A stretch of 64,000 nt of DNA from Spirochaetales bacterium. Lineage in GTDB: Bacteria > Spirochaetota > Spirochaetia > SZUA-6 > RPPD01. Positions 52,241 through 62,263 of the stretch are shown here, one piece after another. Numbering within the stretch: the stretch's first letter is position 1; the number at the start of each line of letters is the position of its first letter. A program made the position numbers and the translations under genes. The stretch is taken from the NCBI GenBank assembly GCA_016934415.1, contig JAFGSW010000039.1, positions 4,224 to 68,223 on the forward strand. Reading direction: 5' to 3'. The notes under the pieces are model-generated. The model saw only the letters and a program-made list of their open reading frames with translations. It had not been told where the DNA came from and ran no database searches.

Positions 52241-52660
52241 ATGAGAGGATTTATGACTACAAAGAAAAGCCGTATGTCTATAGGGTGCCTTGCCGCTTTG
52301 GCGATCGCCGTATTCCTGGCTTCAAGCTGCGGGGGGAACGGGAAGGACACGACCATCGAGCTTCCGGGCGAGCGGGTCATGCGGCTCGGGTACGGGTGGG
52401 GGGTGGTGCTCCTCAATTACGTCCGCATCCGGGCCACGCCGGCCGCGGACGGGATCGAGGTCACGGCCCTGGCCAGGTACGCCGTGGTGCGGGTGATCGA
52501 CAAGGGCCGGCGCGAAACGACCAAGACCGGCGCCGATTTCTGGTACCAGGTGGAAGCGGGCTCGAACCGGGGCTGGCTCTTCGGCTCGTACCTGAAGGTG
52601 TTCCACGACCGGGACGAGGCGGTGCAGGCGGCCGCCGAGCTCAAGGCTGAGAAGCGGTGA
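52241..52660 (+). CDS. lipoprotein with bacterial SH3-like domain
   Basis: Lipobox LASSC; YAVVRV and FWYQV motifs. Confidence 0.5.
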   Translation: MRGFMTTKKSRMSIGCLAALAIAVFLASSCGGNGKDTTIELPGERVMRLGYGWGVVLLNYVRIRATPAADGIEVTALARYAVVRVIDKGRRETTKTGADFWYQVEAGSNRGWLFGSYLKVFHDRDEAVQAAAELKAEKR

Positions 52661-54222
52661 CCGGCCAACTTTCCGTCCTTTTCAGCTGGCTGGCTCCGCC
52701 CGTCCTCGGCGCGGTCATCGGTTTCGTCACCAACGACATCGCCGTCCGCATGCTCTTCCGGCCCTTCCGGGAGAAGCGCATCTTCGGCATCCGCGTCCCG
52801 TTCACGCCCGGCATCATTCCCAAGCAGCGGCGGAAGCTGGCTTCGAGCATCGGGCGCATGGTCTCCGACGAGCTTCTCACCGAGGACGCGGTGCGCGCCC
52901 AGATCGGCACCCCGAAGGTCTGGGAGGCGATCCGGGAGAACGTGGCGGGGATCACGAGCTCGATCCTCGACACGCGCCTCGACACGCTCCGCGAACAGCG
53001 CCTGCCGCTCTTCCAGGCCACCCTCCCGGAGATTGTCAACGGCTTCTTAAAGTCGTTTCTCCAGAGCCCGCTCTTCCTCACGGCCCTGAAGAGCGTCCTG
53101 GAGACTTTCCTCGATTCGGTGGCGGGCCGGCCCGTGCGGGAGCTCATCGAGGAGCTCAAGCTCCGTCCCTTCCTGGAGGAGAAGCTCCGGTCGATCGTCG
53201 AGGACGACCGGCTCAAGGAGAAACTCAAGACAAGCGTCGCCGCCTGGGCGCGCCGCAAGGCGGGCGGGAAGGAATCGCTTTCCGGAATCCTGCCCGAGGG
53301 CCTCACGGGCACGCTCACCGGGCTCTTCCGCTCGCTCTATCCTTTCCTCCTGTCGAGCCTCAGGGCCTGGCTCGCCGCGCCCGAGGTGCGGCATAACCTG
53401 GAGACGCGGGGCAAGCTTCTGCTGGACGACATCCTCTCCAAGCTCAACATCTTCCAGCGCTTCTTCCTGTCGGTCGGGCAGTACGACCGCACCTTGAGCG
53501 ACCGGATGCCCGGCATCGTGGACGATTTCATCAACCGGGTGAGCGGGGCGATCGAGTCCGAAAAGGACCGCGAGGAGATCGTGCAGGCCTTCGCGCGCGC
53601 CCTGGACGACTGGGCCGCCAAGGGGCTGGGGGACATCGTCGGGAAGGACGAGAAGGACCTTGATGGGAAAATCTCCGGCCTCGTGGACGGCCTGTTTTCC
53701 TTTCTGCGCCGGGAGGAGCTCGGCACAAAGCTGGCGGACGCCGCCGGCGCCTACCTCGCCTCGCGCGAGGAGGAGAGCCTCGAGTCCCTGGCCGGCTCGC
53801 TCCTCGGCCTGAAGACGTCCCAGGTGGCCGAGTACATTGTCGGCCGCTTCACCGACGAGCGGTTCGCCGCCGGAGCCGCGGAGCGCGTCACCGCCTTCGC
53901 CGTCGACTTCTTCAAGACCCGGGGCGCGCTCACCGTGGGAGAGCTCCTGGGCGCGGACCCTGTGAACAAGGCCGAGTTCGACAAGCGCGCCGCCGCCGCC
54001 CTGAACGGCGTCCTCGGCCAAAAGCTCCCCGAGGCCCTCAAGAGCCTCGACCTCCGAGGCCTCGTGGAGAACAAGATCAACGGTCTCGACATCGAGGAGG
54101 TCGAGGGCCTCCTCCTCATGGTCATCGCCCGCCAGCTCAAGTGGATCAACGTCTTCGGCGCGATCCTGGGCGGGCTCATCGGCCTCCTCCAGGTCCTCCT
54201 CCGCGCGCTGGGCGTGTGGTAG
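52657..54222 (+). CDS. DUF445 family membrane protein
   Basis: VTNDIAVRMLFRP..PFTPGIIPK motifs. Confidence 0.6.
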   Translation: MTGQLSVLFSWLAPPVLGAVIGFVTNDIAVRMLFRPFREKRIFGIRVPFTPGIIPKQRRKLASSIGRMVSDELLTEDAVRAQIGTPKVWEAIRENVAGITSSILDTRLDTLREQRLPLFQATLPEIVNGFLKSFLQSPLFLTALKSVLETFLDSVAGRPVRELIEELKLRPFLEEKLRSIVEDDRLKEKLKTSVAAWARRKAGGKESLSGILPEGLTGTLTGLFRSLYPFLLSSLRAWLAAPEVRHNLETRGKLLLDDILSKLNIFQRFFLSVGQYDRTLSDRMPGIVDDFINRVSGAIESEKDREEIVQAFARALDDWAAKGLGDIVGKDEKDLDGKISGLVDGLFSFLRREELGTKLADAAGAYLASREEESLESLAGSLLGLKTSQVAEYIVGRFTDERFAAGAAERVTAFAVDFFKTRGALTVGELLGADPVNKAEFDKRAAAALNGVLGQKLPEALKSLDLRGLVENKINGLDIEEVEGLLLMVIARQLKWINVFGAILGGLIGLLQVLLRALGVW

Positions 54223-54270
54223 GAGATGGGGGAAGATGAGGGAGATGGGGAGGGGAAGAAGACATGAATG
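54222..54270. repeat. GGGGAAGATGAGG-family purine-rich arm, left flank of the AT-rich DUF4332 island
   Basis: Its reverse-complement partner lies at 55014-55106. Confidence 0.5.
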
Positions 54271-54277
54271 ACGTGAA

Positions 54278-54964
54278 TTAAACATTTCCAATGATTCTGG
54301 GATAGATTTTAGCCCAATATATGTCGGATGTTATTTCTTTCTCAGTTGGTATCGCTCTCTTCAATGTCCGTTGTTCTATAATGCGTTCCATTTCCTTTCT
54401 CAATTTATCAGGGTCCCTTTTACCCAATTCAAATAAAGACATAATGCCGACGTGCATGAATAGATCGGCCTTTATTTCCTTAATTCCGGGTTTTCTGAAT
54501 AAATCAGCCAAAGCGAGAATTTTATGAAAGGTGTTCTTCGGAATTTCAGTTCTCCGTTGCAGCGAAAGCGATTTTTCTTTTGTTGAACAAGAGAGCAAGA
54601 GCTCTCCGTTTGTTTTAATGCCGTTTACTTTCAGTTTCTCGATATGCTTTTTATCAACACCGATAATTATTTTCAATTGATACGGTTTATATTTGTGAAA
54701 TTGCAATAATTGAAATAATAGCCTTACATAAGTCATATCAACCTTCGTTTTTTTTATAAGGTGATGTAAGTCATTATCATTCTGCATTACCAAGAATAAA
54801 TCATTTGAGTCTTTGATACTATTCAATGGAAGTACCGTACAAATATTCTTCAAATTTTCAATTGAATTCCAATATGATCGGGTTAATGTTTTCTCTCCCA
54901 ATACGCTGAAAAGATCGTTTATCTTTATATTGTTTAGTTCTTTATTGTTCACATCGGTCTCCAC
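54278..54964 (-). CDS. DUF4332-like (HhH) protein on an AT-rich island
   Basis: ~32% GC versus the ~64% flanks; GTG start; C-terminal LADLFRKPGIKEIKADL..DPDKLRKEM pattern. Confidence 0.5.
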   Translation of the reverse strand: METDVNNKELNNIKINDLFSVLGEKTLTRSYWNSIENLKNICTVLPLNSIKDSNDLFLVMQNDNDLHHLIKKTKVDMTYVRLLFQLLQFHKYKPYQLKIIIGVDKKHIEKLKVNGIKTNGELLLSCSTKEKSLSLQRRTEIPKNTFHKILALADLFRKPGIKEIKADLFMHVGIMSLFELGKRDPDKLRKEMERIIEQRTLKRAIPTEKEITSDIYWAKIYPRIIGNV

Positions 54965-55013
54965 TTATGGGAATTGCTTTCACCGCTTATACAAATATCC
55001 TGACCTCTCTGAT

Positions 55014-55106
55014 TTTTTCCCTCCTCTCCATCTTCCCCATCTTCTTAATCTTCCCCATCCGTAGTTCCCTCACCTCCTCATTTTCTTCATCCGCAGTTTC
55101 TCTCAC
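55014..55106. repeat. pyrimidine-rich arm (ccatcttccccatcttcttaatcttccccatccgtagtt), right flank of the DUF4332 island
   Basis: Inverted relative to 54222-54270; a similar string occurs at 59921-59950. Confidence 0.5.
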
Positions 55107-55115
55107 CCGGGCCCG

Positions 55116-56057
55116 CTATTTCTTCATGCCGCCGAGGAGCTCCATGAGCTCGCCGCGGGTGCGGATCTCCATTTTTTGGAAAATGTGGTGGACGTGGCTC
55201 TTCACGGTCGGGATGGAGATGAAGAGCCGGGAGCCGATTTCGCGGTAGCTCCGGCGCCCGATGAGATACTCCGCCACCTCGATTTCGCGTTCGGTGAGGC
55301 CGCGTTGCCGGAAGAGGGTCCGGTCGACCGGCGCCTCCGCGACGGGATGCGCCTGGATGAGCACGAGGAGCAGAAAGCGGAATGTGAGCACGCTCGTGAC
55401 GCACAGCAGATAATAGATGACGGGCCAATTGACGCCGAAGAGTGCGGACAGGATATTCATCCCCCAGACGCCTTCCTCGATCGCGATGAGCGGGGCGAAG
55501 GCGAAAAAAACGACGACGGTGACGATGAGGGTGCTTTTGAGATTGCGGTTGACGATTCTTTTCAGGTAGCGGACCGTGATATAGGCCAGGACCACCAGCT
55601 GCACGCCCTTGAGAAGGCCGAGCCCCAGCTCGAGCCGCCGCCACTCTTCCCCGTCGACGGCGACGGCGAAGAGGAAGAAGAAAAGGATCGAGAACGAGAT
55701 AAAGAAATGAGCGATCCTTTTTTTCATGGTGAAGCGGACCTGCATGAGCCCGTAGAAGGACCGCTGCAGAAGGAAGAGCACGCAGGATTTCACGGCGTAG
55801 AGCGCGATGAGCCAGACGATTTCCGGCGTCGGACCCAGGGTGACGCCGGCGATCGTCATATAGACGACCACGGCGTAGAGCAGGACCATGAGGAAATTGC
55901 CGAGACTGACCAGGGCGAGGTGGCGATAGGTTGAGTCCCCGGTCCGGCGGAACAGGATGAACGCCATGAGCACCGAGCTCAGGCTCAACACGAAACTGGC
56001 GATGCTCACGAAATACGTGACGTGGATCACGGTCCCTCCGGTCGAGGGCGGCGGCAC
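55116..56057 (-). CDS. LuxR-family regulator with N-terminal multi-TM sensor domain
   Basis: C-terminal LTEREIEVAEYL..PTVKSHVHHIF helix-turn-helix; start uncertain. Confidence 0.65.
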   Translation of the reverse strand: MPPPSTGGTVIHVTYFVSIASFVLSLSSVLMAFILFRRTGDSTYRHLALVSLGNFLMVLLYAVVVYMTIAGVTLGPTPEIVWLIALYAVKSCVLFLLQRSFYGLMQVRFTMKKRIAHFFISFSILFFFLFAVAVDGEEWRRLELGLGLLKGVQLVVLAYITVRYLKRIVNRNLKSTLIVTVVVFFAFAPLIAIEEGVWGMNILSALFGVNWPVIYYLLCVTSVLTFRFLLLVLIQAHPVAEAPVDRTLFRQRGLTEREIEVAEYLIGRRSYREIGSRLFISIPTVKSHVHHIFQKMEIRTRGELMELLGGMKK

Positions 56058-56261
56058 GCCGCGAAGCTGCGGAAAATCGAGGAGAAAGCGGAGTGGGACG
56101 CTTCATGGCCTCAAGACCCGGTACGCCTCATTTTATCCCGAACGGGGGAGCGTGTCCAGATTTCCGGATGGGGGAAGATGAGGAATTCCGGGAGGAAAAG
56201 AGTGTTTCTCTTCCGATAACCGAAACTCATGCTTTCAGCGCAATTTATCCGACCCGATCCG

Positions 56262-56342
56262 CTGATTTCCCCTTTCCGCTTCCATCTATAATGCATGACC
56301 GTGTATACAAATGCACTCTATGGCGGGCGGGACGCCCGCCAT
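56262..56342. repeat. ~80-bp conserved intergenic repeat ending in GC hairpin ATGGCGGGCGGGACGCCCGCCAT (copy A)
   Basis: Roughly 85% identical to 59836-59916. Confidence 0.6.
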
Positions 56343-56375
56343 GCCGTAGTTTCCCGCAGCCCGGCCGAACGGCGG

Positions 56376-57506
56376 TTATTTTTCGATCCCCTCTTCCTCT
56401 TTTTGAATCTGATGGGCCGTCCAGTAATAGCCGTATTCCTGCCACACTTTCACTCTGTTGCGGTGTTCTCCCTTTTCCTGAAATTCAACGACCCAGTATC
56501 CCCCCGGGCCTTTCCGGAGAACGCCCGGCCCTTTCAGGAAAGGAGACCAGCAGGGAAACTTACTTTCTTCCTTGACCTTGTTCACTTCCCAGGCCGCGAT
56601 CAATTGGTTGTCCGCCTTGCCGTCCGGGAGTGTGAAATCGCCCTGCACCTCAAGATGGATTTTCGCCCCCTCGTAATCGTTGAGTTTCTGCTTCTCGACC
56701 CGCCCCCGGATTTTAATGTGGCGCAGCTCCGGTCCGTTTTTGAGATGCGGGGCGTCGTACTGCAGGCCGCTCGTCATTTTGCGTTTGGTGAAATAATCGA
56801 TCGGTCCGCTCGCCATTTTCGCGCTGGGGACGCCGGGGACGAACGCGCTGATCATTCCCCGGATCTCGGAGACCAGCTCGTCGAGGCCTTCGGTATTCCG
56901 GTCCAGGTCGTATTCAATGGTGCCTTCGCCCTCGATCTCGTCCTTTTCATTTATGTAGAGGAAAAATTTGGTCGCGTGCTTGACCGTCAGGGTGAGGTTT
57001 CGATTGCGAAATCGGACTTCCTCGCCGGCTCCCCCTCCGATCCAATTGCCCCTGAGGGAAGCGGCGGATTCGGACGGGCCGCCTTTTTTATCGCCCTGCC
57101 GATCGTCCGGCGGATTTTCACCCTGCCGGTTCCCCTGCGCGGGGGGGCTTTGGATGGAGAAATACCCGTCTGAAAAATCCGAGGCGGAGCCCCGTACGAT
57201 TTTTATGCGGTAATCGTCTCCGGCCGGCAGATCCGACGACACCTTCCAGAGAAAAACGCCGGAGGAGGCGTCCACGGTCCCGATTTTTTTCTTCAGGGCG
57301 GAACCCTTGAACAGCTCTATCCCGACCTGCCCTGAAAGGCTTCCCCCCCAGGCGACGGTTTGCAGCGATCCTTTATACCAGATCTCTCCGCCGTTCGGCT
57401 GCAGGATTTCCGGCGAGGCCCCTTCGGACTGGCCGTACATCGTCCCGCCCGACGCGAAGAGCGCCGCCGCCAATAAGACGGCGTGGGTAATTTTCACTCT
57501 CATCAC
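56376..57506 (-). CDS. secreted protein with Kre9/GPI-anchored-like N-terminal domain
   Basis: Signal peptide; GEIWYKG..VAW pattern. Confidence 0.4.
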   Translation of the reverse strand: MMRVKITHAVLLAAALFASGGTMYGQSEGASPEILQPNGGEIWYKGSLQTVAWGGSLSGQVGIELFKGSALKKKIGTVDASSGVFLWKVSSDLPAGDDYRIKIVRGSASDFSDGYFSIQSPPAQGNRQGENPPDDRQGDKKGGPSESAASLRGNWIGGGAGEEVRFRNRNLTLTVKHATKFFLYINEKDEIEGEGTIEYDLDRNTEGLDELVSEIRGMISAFVPGVPSAKMASGPIDYFTKRKMTSGLQYDAPHLKNGPELRHIKIRGRVEKQKLNDYEGAKIHLEVQGDFTLPDGKADNQLIAAWEVNKVKEESKFPCWSPFLKGPGVLRKGPGGYWVVEFQEKGEHRNRVKVWQEYGYYWTAHQIQKEEEGIEK

Positions 57507-57577
57507 ATCCCCCTTTTTTCAATATGAGCGGGCGCTCCGCGTTCGCGGCTCCGCTCCGGTTGCTTTGTATTCGCGCC

Positions 57578-58102
57578 CTACTTGTTGGCTTCTTCCACGG
57601 CTTTTATGAGTTTGTCTTGATTGGCCAGGATAAGCTGTTTCTCCCCTTCGCTGACTCCCGCGTCCTTAAAGAGCTCTTCATACTGGTCCGCGATCATCTT
57701 TTTCATGTGCGCCGATTGCCCTTTCATGTTTTGCGAAGCGACCAACCACGGAACGAGGGTCCATATTTTGGCGTGTACGTCCATGAACAATTCCGGATCG
57801 TCCCAGCCGTGCGCCTGCAGCAGAGCGACCAACTCGCCGCCCCCCAGCTGGGCCGCGCCGATCGTGTTGACGTTGTCCCCGATGTCCTTCGCCTTGTGCG
57901 CGAAGGGGGGCAGGGTCTCCAGGTATCTGTCCAGGAGCTCCTGGGTGAGGGTGACGGCGCCGGCCTGGGACTGATCGGCGGAATTTTCTTCGCCGTTCAT
58001 TGTGTCGTGCGTCCGGGTTTCATCGGCGTCGCTTCGTTTGGCGCAGGCGCTGTAGGCGAATACGAGGAGAATAACGGCAATCCGGAAAAAATGCTTTTTC
58101 AT
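57578..58102 (-). CDS. lipoprotein, hypothetical
   Basis: Lipobox VFAYSAC. Confidence 0.45.
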   Translation of the reverse strand: MKKHFFRIAVILLVFAYSACAKRSDADETRTHDTMNGEENSADQSQAGAVTLTQELLDRYLETLPPFAHKAKDIGDNVNTIGAAQLGGGELVALLQAHGWDDPELFMDVHAKIWTLVPWLVASQNMKGQSAHMKKMIADQYEELFKDAGVSEGEKQLILANQDKLIKAVEEANK

Positions 58103-58366
58103 GAGACCTCCCTTCGGCAAAAAAGAAATAAAAGAAAGAAGCACCGGCCGCCCGACATCAGGCGCGTTCCCGGGAGGAAGCATATCCCGCGCCGACGGTC
58201 TCATGGCCCCATCTTTTTTCGCGTAAAAGTATAACACCGGCGCGGATGTTCAACAAGCGGGCGCCCGGGGGGGGTAGATGAGGGAAGATCAGGCGGTTTT
58301 GCCGAGCTTGCTCGGCAAAACTACCGGATAGGGAAGATGAGGAGGATGGGGGGTGCCGGGAAGACA

Positions 58367-59809
58367 TCAAAGCCTTTCGAGCGTCCTCTTGATATTGATC
58401 GAGCCGATACCTTCTTGGTCGCAGATCCGAAACCATTCTTCCTCGGTTATATGCTTGTGCGTCATGGAATGCACCAGATCGAATATTTCCAATTTGCGGC
58501 CCTCGCGCGTCAGCCGGGGGAACCGCTCCGGAACTACGTGCAGGTCCCATCCGCTTCGCGACAGCACCGCCGCGACGACCGTACCGAGGATTTCCGTGAC
58601 GTCCTCGTCGCACAACTCGGCTCCCACGGGGCATTCTTCCATCAGCGTCCAAACATAAGCATGGAGCTCCCGGCAGGTAATGTCCAGTCTCGTCAGGCCG
58701 CCGGTGAAATGTTTCGCCCTCTTTTCGAAAATGAACCGATAGGCTTTTTCCCCCGCTTCCTCCCATTTCAAGGGGATGATATTTTGAACCGAGCGGTGTT
58801 TGAATACCGCCGCGCAATCGTCTTCCAGCGCCGTCGTCATTTTTTCCAGGGGAACGGACGCCTCCCGCGCCGCGCCGCTTCCCGCCTCACCCTTCGCTTC
58901 CATCCTTGCTATTCTTTTCCCGAGCTCCGGATGAGACGAATACCGGCTTCCCTTGGGCTCCGGCATTCTTTCCGCAAGGCCGCACTCGCGGCCGTTTTGC
59001 AGGAAGCGACAGAAGCCTTCCAGGAACGGTGGAACGTATCCCCTCGCGAGCGCCGGAGAATAATACTTGTTCCAGTACGCCGCAAAGCGCTTCTGCACGC
59101 CGACGACGCTCCGCAAGGCGTCCGCCGCGCGCCGGCTTCCCGCATAACGGCAGGCGATCTCGTCGGCCACCGTTTCCTGCCGCCGCGAAACGGCGCTCGT
59201 CACAAGGCGGAACAATTTCGCGAAAAGGATGAAAATACCGTCGATGAGCTTCGTATTCCGCGTCAGCTGTTCTATAATATTTGAAAGCGAATTGTGAAGG
59301 GTGTAGATCGTCGGGCCCAGGGAGGTGTCCTTCCTCGAAAAGTGGCCGAGCTCGTGCGCGATGACCGCTCCCAGCTCCGGTCCCGGAAGCATAAGGATAA
59401 GCGGGACGCCGATTCCGAGAATGGTCTTTCCCCCGAAACCGGACATCGTGTCCCGTTTGCCGATCCACGCGTCCGGCTCCGGGAGGAGATAGATTTCCCG
59501 GGGCGCCTGCTGGCCGAGGTCTTCCGCGATGGCGGCCACCGCGGCCGATATCTCCCGATACCGATCTCCCCGGATCAGAATCCCGGGCGGGATGAACTTT
59601 TCTTTGCGGGGAAACATGGCGACAAGGATGGAGAACGCTCCGATGTAGCATATCCCGATGACGTAGAAATTAATGCGACCCAGTTCCAGCACCATGTAGA
59701 CAGGCAGCGCCATGAGTGCGACGACGACAAACAGCGTGAACGCGTAGAAAAAAACAAAAAGAAAGATCACCAGAAGCGCCCTGAGGGCGAATCCGAGCTT
59801 GTGCTTCAC
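58367..59809 (-). CDS. M48 family zinc metallopeptidase, membrane-anchored
   Basis: AHELGHF HExxH motif; GTG start. Confidence 0.75.
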   Translation of the reverse strand: MKHKLGFALRALLVIFLFVFFYAFTLFVVVALMALPVYMVLELGRINFYVIGICYIGAFSILVAMFPRKEKFIPPGILIRGDRYREISAAVAAIAEDLGQQAPREIYLLPEPDAWIGKRDTMSGFGGKTILGIGVPLILMLPGPELGAVIAHELGHFSRKDTSLGPTIYTLHNSLSNIIEQLTRNTKLIDGIFILFAKLFRLVTSAVSRRQETVADEIACRYAGSRRAADALRSVVGVQKRFAAYWNKYYSPALARGYVPPFLEGFCRFLQNGRECGLAERMPEPKGSRYSSHPELGKRIARMEAKGEAGSGAAREASVPLEKMTTALEDDCAAVFKHRSVQNIIPLKWEEAGEKAYRFIFEKRAKHFTGGLTRLDITCRELHAYVWTLMEECPVGAELCDEDVTEILGTVVAAVLSRSGWDLHVVPERFPRLTREGRKLEIFDLVHSMTHKHITEEEWFRICDQEGIGSINIKRTLERL

Positions 59810-59835
59810 TTAAATTTCCGCCTTTCCCCGACCTG

Positions 59836-59916
59836 CTGATTTTCTCTTTCCGCTTCTATCCATAATGCTTCATCTTGTATACGAATGCACTCTATGGCGG
59901 GCGGGATGCCCGCCAT
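59836..59916. repeat. ~80-bp conserved intergenic repeat ending in GC hairpin (copy B)
   Basis: Same orientation and a similar position upstream of a minus-strand gene. Confidence 0.6.
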
Positions 59917-59971
59917 TTCTCTATCTTCTTAATCTTCCCTATCCGTAGTTTTCAAAGCCCTCCCCGGAACG

Positions 59972-61192
59972 TCAGCGGTACGGTTTCTTCCGGAAGGACT
60001 CGTCACGGCGGCAGGCTTTCTCGTAGTACTCCCCGGCCGCGGCCTTGTCCCCCAGCTTGAATTTGGCCATACCAAGGTAATAGTCGCTCTCCGCGTCGTC
60101 GAAGCCCAGGCCGCGGGCCTTCATAACGTCCTGCAGGCCAGGGGCGGCGTCGCCCGCCTCTATCCTGGCCGCGCCGCGGTTATGGATCGCCAACAGCTCG
60201 TTCGGGTTCAACGCCAGGGCCGCGTCGCAGTCGGCGACGGCGCCCGAGTAGTCGCCGCTGAGCGTCTTGATATCGGCCCGGTTGACGAGATAGCCCGTCT
60301 CTTTCGGATCGAGCCTCACCGCGGCGTCCAGATCCGCCAGGGCGCCCGGGTAGTCGCCCCGGCTTCTCTTCAGGAGCGCGAGCGCTCCGTAGGGCGGCGC
60401 CGAGTGAGGATCGAGCTCGATCGATCGCCTGTAATCCATCTCCGCCCCCGCCGGGTCGTTGCAGCCTTCCTTCGCGACGCCCCGGTGAAAAAACCACTCC
60501 GCCCGTTTGCCGTCGAGGCGGATCGCCCGATTGAAATCCTCCAGCGCCGCCTCGTACCGTTCCTGCCGGTTCCGGCAGAGCCCGCGCAGGAAGTAAGCCA
60601 TCGGCTGGAAGGGATCGATTTCAAGCGACGTCGAATAGTCCTCAATGGCCTTGTCGTCCATCCGCAGGAGCCACTCGGCGATGCCGCGGTTGAAATGCCA
60701 TTCGGCGTCCCCCGGTTTGAGCGCGATGGCTTGGTTGAAATCCGCGAGGGCGGCCTCGTTGTCACCCAGCATTCCGGAACAGATCCCCCGACGGAAATAG
60801 ACCTTGGGGTCCTGCTTCGGGTTGAGCGAGATGCTTTTGGAGTAGTCGGCGATCGCGCCCTTGAGGTCGCCGAGCCCTTCCCTGGCGGCACCGCGGTTGT
60901 AATAATAGAAGTAAAAGTCCGGATCGAGCTCTATCGCCTTGTTGAAGTCTTCGAGGGCCGCTTTATCGTCGCCCGCCCATCCCTCCATGAGCCCCCGCCA
61001 GGAATAGGCGCGGGCGTCGCCCGGGTCGAGCTCGATGGCCCGGTTGAGATCGGCCAGGGCGCCTTCCCTGTCCGTGTCCATTTTCTCAATGGCCCGATCG
61101 ACGAAATCCTTGGCCGTCGTTTGGGCGGAAAGGAATCCGCCGGCCGCGAAAAAGAGCGCGGCTGCGCACAGGACCGGGAAAAATCTTTTCAT
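59972..61192 (-). CDS. secreted TPR repeat protein
   Basis: Signal peptide followed by more than 8 TPR units. Confidence 0.8.
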   Translation of the reverse strand: MKRFFPVLCAAALFFAAGGFLSAQTTAKDFVDRAIEKMDTDREGALADLNRAIELDPGDARAYSWRGLMEGWAGDDKAALEDFNKAIELDPDFYFYYYNRGAAREGLGDLKGAIADYSKSISLNPKQDPKVYFRRGICSGMLGDNEAALADFNQAIALKPGDAEWHFNRGIAEWLLRMDDKAIEDYSTSLEIDPFQPMAYFLRGLCRNRQERYEAALEDFNRAIRLDGKRAEWFFHRGVAKEGCNDPAGAEMDYRRSIELDPHSAPPYGALALLKRSRGDYPGALADLDAAVRLDPKETGYLVNRADIKTLSGDYSGAVADCDAALALNPNELLAIHNRGAARIEAGDAAPGLQDVMKARGLGFDDAESDYYLGMAKFKLGDKAAAGEYYEKACRRDESFRKKPYR

Positions 61193-61427
61193 GGGAACGC
61201 TCCTTCACGGCGCGGCGTGCCCGACCCGCGGTCGTCGTATCAAACAGCATAGCGCCGGGGAGCGCGGATTTCAAGATAAGGATGGCACGGATGGGGGAGG
61301 GGGAGGTGGAAAAATCAAGGTATGCGATGTATTACATCCAGACTTGATCGTGTTTCATCACAGCGCTCAGTTTTTCACCGAAATAAAAAATGTAATCGTA
61401 CGGCGGCGGCATCCGTCTCGAATCTAT

Positions 61428-62153
61428 TCATTTAAAAAGCGAGAATGATGCATGGTATTCGTCAAGCTCCCAATTGTGGGAGTTATAGTGGACATATTCC
61501 CTGATTTTATCCAATTCCCGGTCGTTCCGGATTATTCGGTCGTAGAATCGGGGTTGCCAAATCGGTGATCCGATGCGCACCGTGACGGCGGATTTGAAGC
61601 CGGCTACAAACGACGAAAAGGATTTCGGGGAACGATTCGCGATAGGGCACGATTTTTTGGAATCCGATTGTAGAGACGCACGGCCGTGCGTCTCTACGTT
61701 TTCCGGCTTATAAACGTGATCCCGGTTCACGCGAACATTCCGCGGGTCTTCGCGGCCATGTGTCCGTACAATTGTATCCCTGATAATCACGATCCCGTGC
61801 ACGTGATTGGGCATGACGCAATACGCGTCACAATCCAATTCCGCGCGGATCCCGAACGATTTCAACCATTCCGACTCGACGATTTCACCCGCCGGCGACA
61901 ATTGCATTCGCCCCCGGACGACGCCGCCCAGGAGACATTCCATGTTCCGGGTGCACAGGGTGATGAAATAATACCCGGGAGCGGAATAATCCCGGTTTTT
62001 CAACCGCGTCGAATCGATTCTGTATTTCGTTACATTCAAATTCCGGCTCACGGCATTCCCGCCTTTCCACGCATAAGGAAACCGCGGTTTCAGCCCGGTG
62101 AATTCAAATACACGTTCGCATCGGGGACAGGGTTTTGGGGAGTTAATTGGCAA
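61428..62153 (-). CDS. REP-associated tyrosine transposase (RAYT, IS200-like HuH); a REP palindrome lies inside the ORF
   Basis: YYFITLCT, MPNHVHGIVI (HuH), and FKSAVT..WQPRFYDRIIRN..YVHYNSHNWELD motifs. Confidence 0.7.
   Translation of the reverse strand: MPINSPKPCPRCERVFEFTGLKPRFPYAWKGGNAVSRNLNVTKYRIDSTRLKNRDYSAPGYYFITLCTRNMECLLGGVVRGRMQLSPAGEIVESEWLKSFGIRAELDCDAYCVMPNHVHGIVIIRDTIVRTHGREDPRNVRVNRDHVYKPENVETHGRASLQSDSKKSCPIANRSPKSFSSFVAGFKSAVTVRIGSPIWQPRFYDRIIRNDRELDKIREYVHYNSHNWELDEYHASFSLFK
61670..61697. repeat. REP palindrome GTAGAGACGCACGGCCGTGCGTCTCTAC (inside the RAYT ORF)
   Basis: 28-bp perfect palindrome. Confidence 0.7.
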
Positions 62154-62183
62154 CGGAAACCGGTTTTATTTGGGAATTGAATC

Positions 62184-62211
62184 GTAGAGACGCACGGCCG
62201 TGCGTCTCTAC
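62184..62211. repeat. REP palindrome GTAGAGACGCACGGCCGTGCGTCTCTAC
   Basis: Identical 28-mer with a conserved ggaatYSRaTYgtagag 5' flank. Confidence 0.7.
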
Positions 62212-62263
62212 GATACCGTCCAATACATTACTCCGGATTCGCACGTATATTTCGCAAAAAACC

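Noticed and set aside
58337-59284. 315-aa plus-strand ORF and 58887..59651 minus-strand ORF
   Set aside because: Alternative-frame or antisense shadows of the M48 peptidase gene; Arg/Pro-rich translations.
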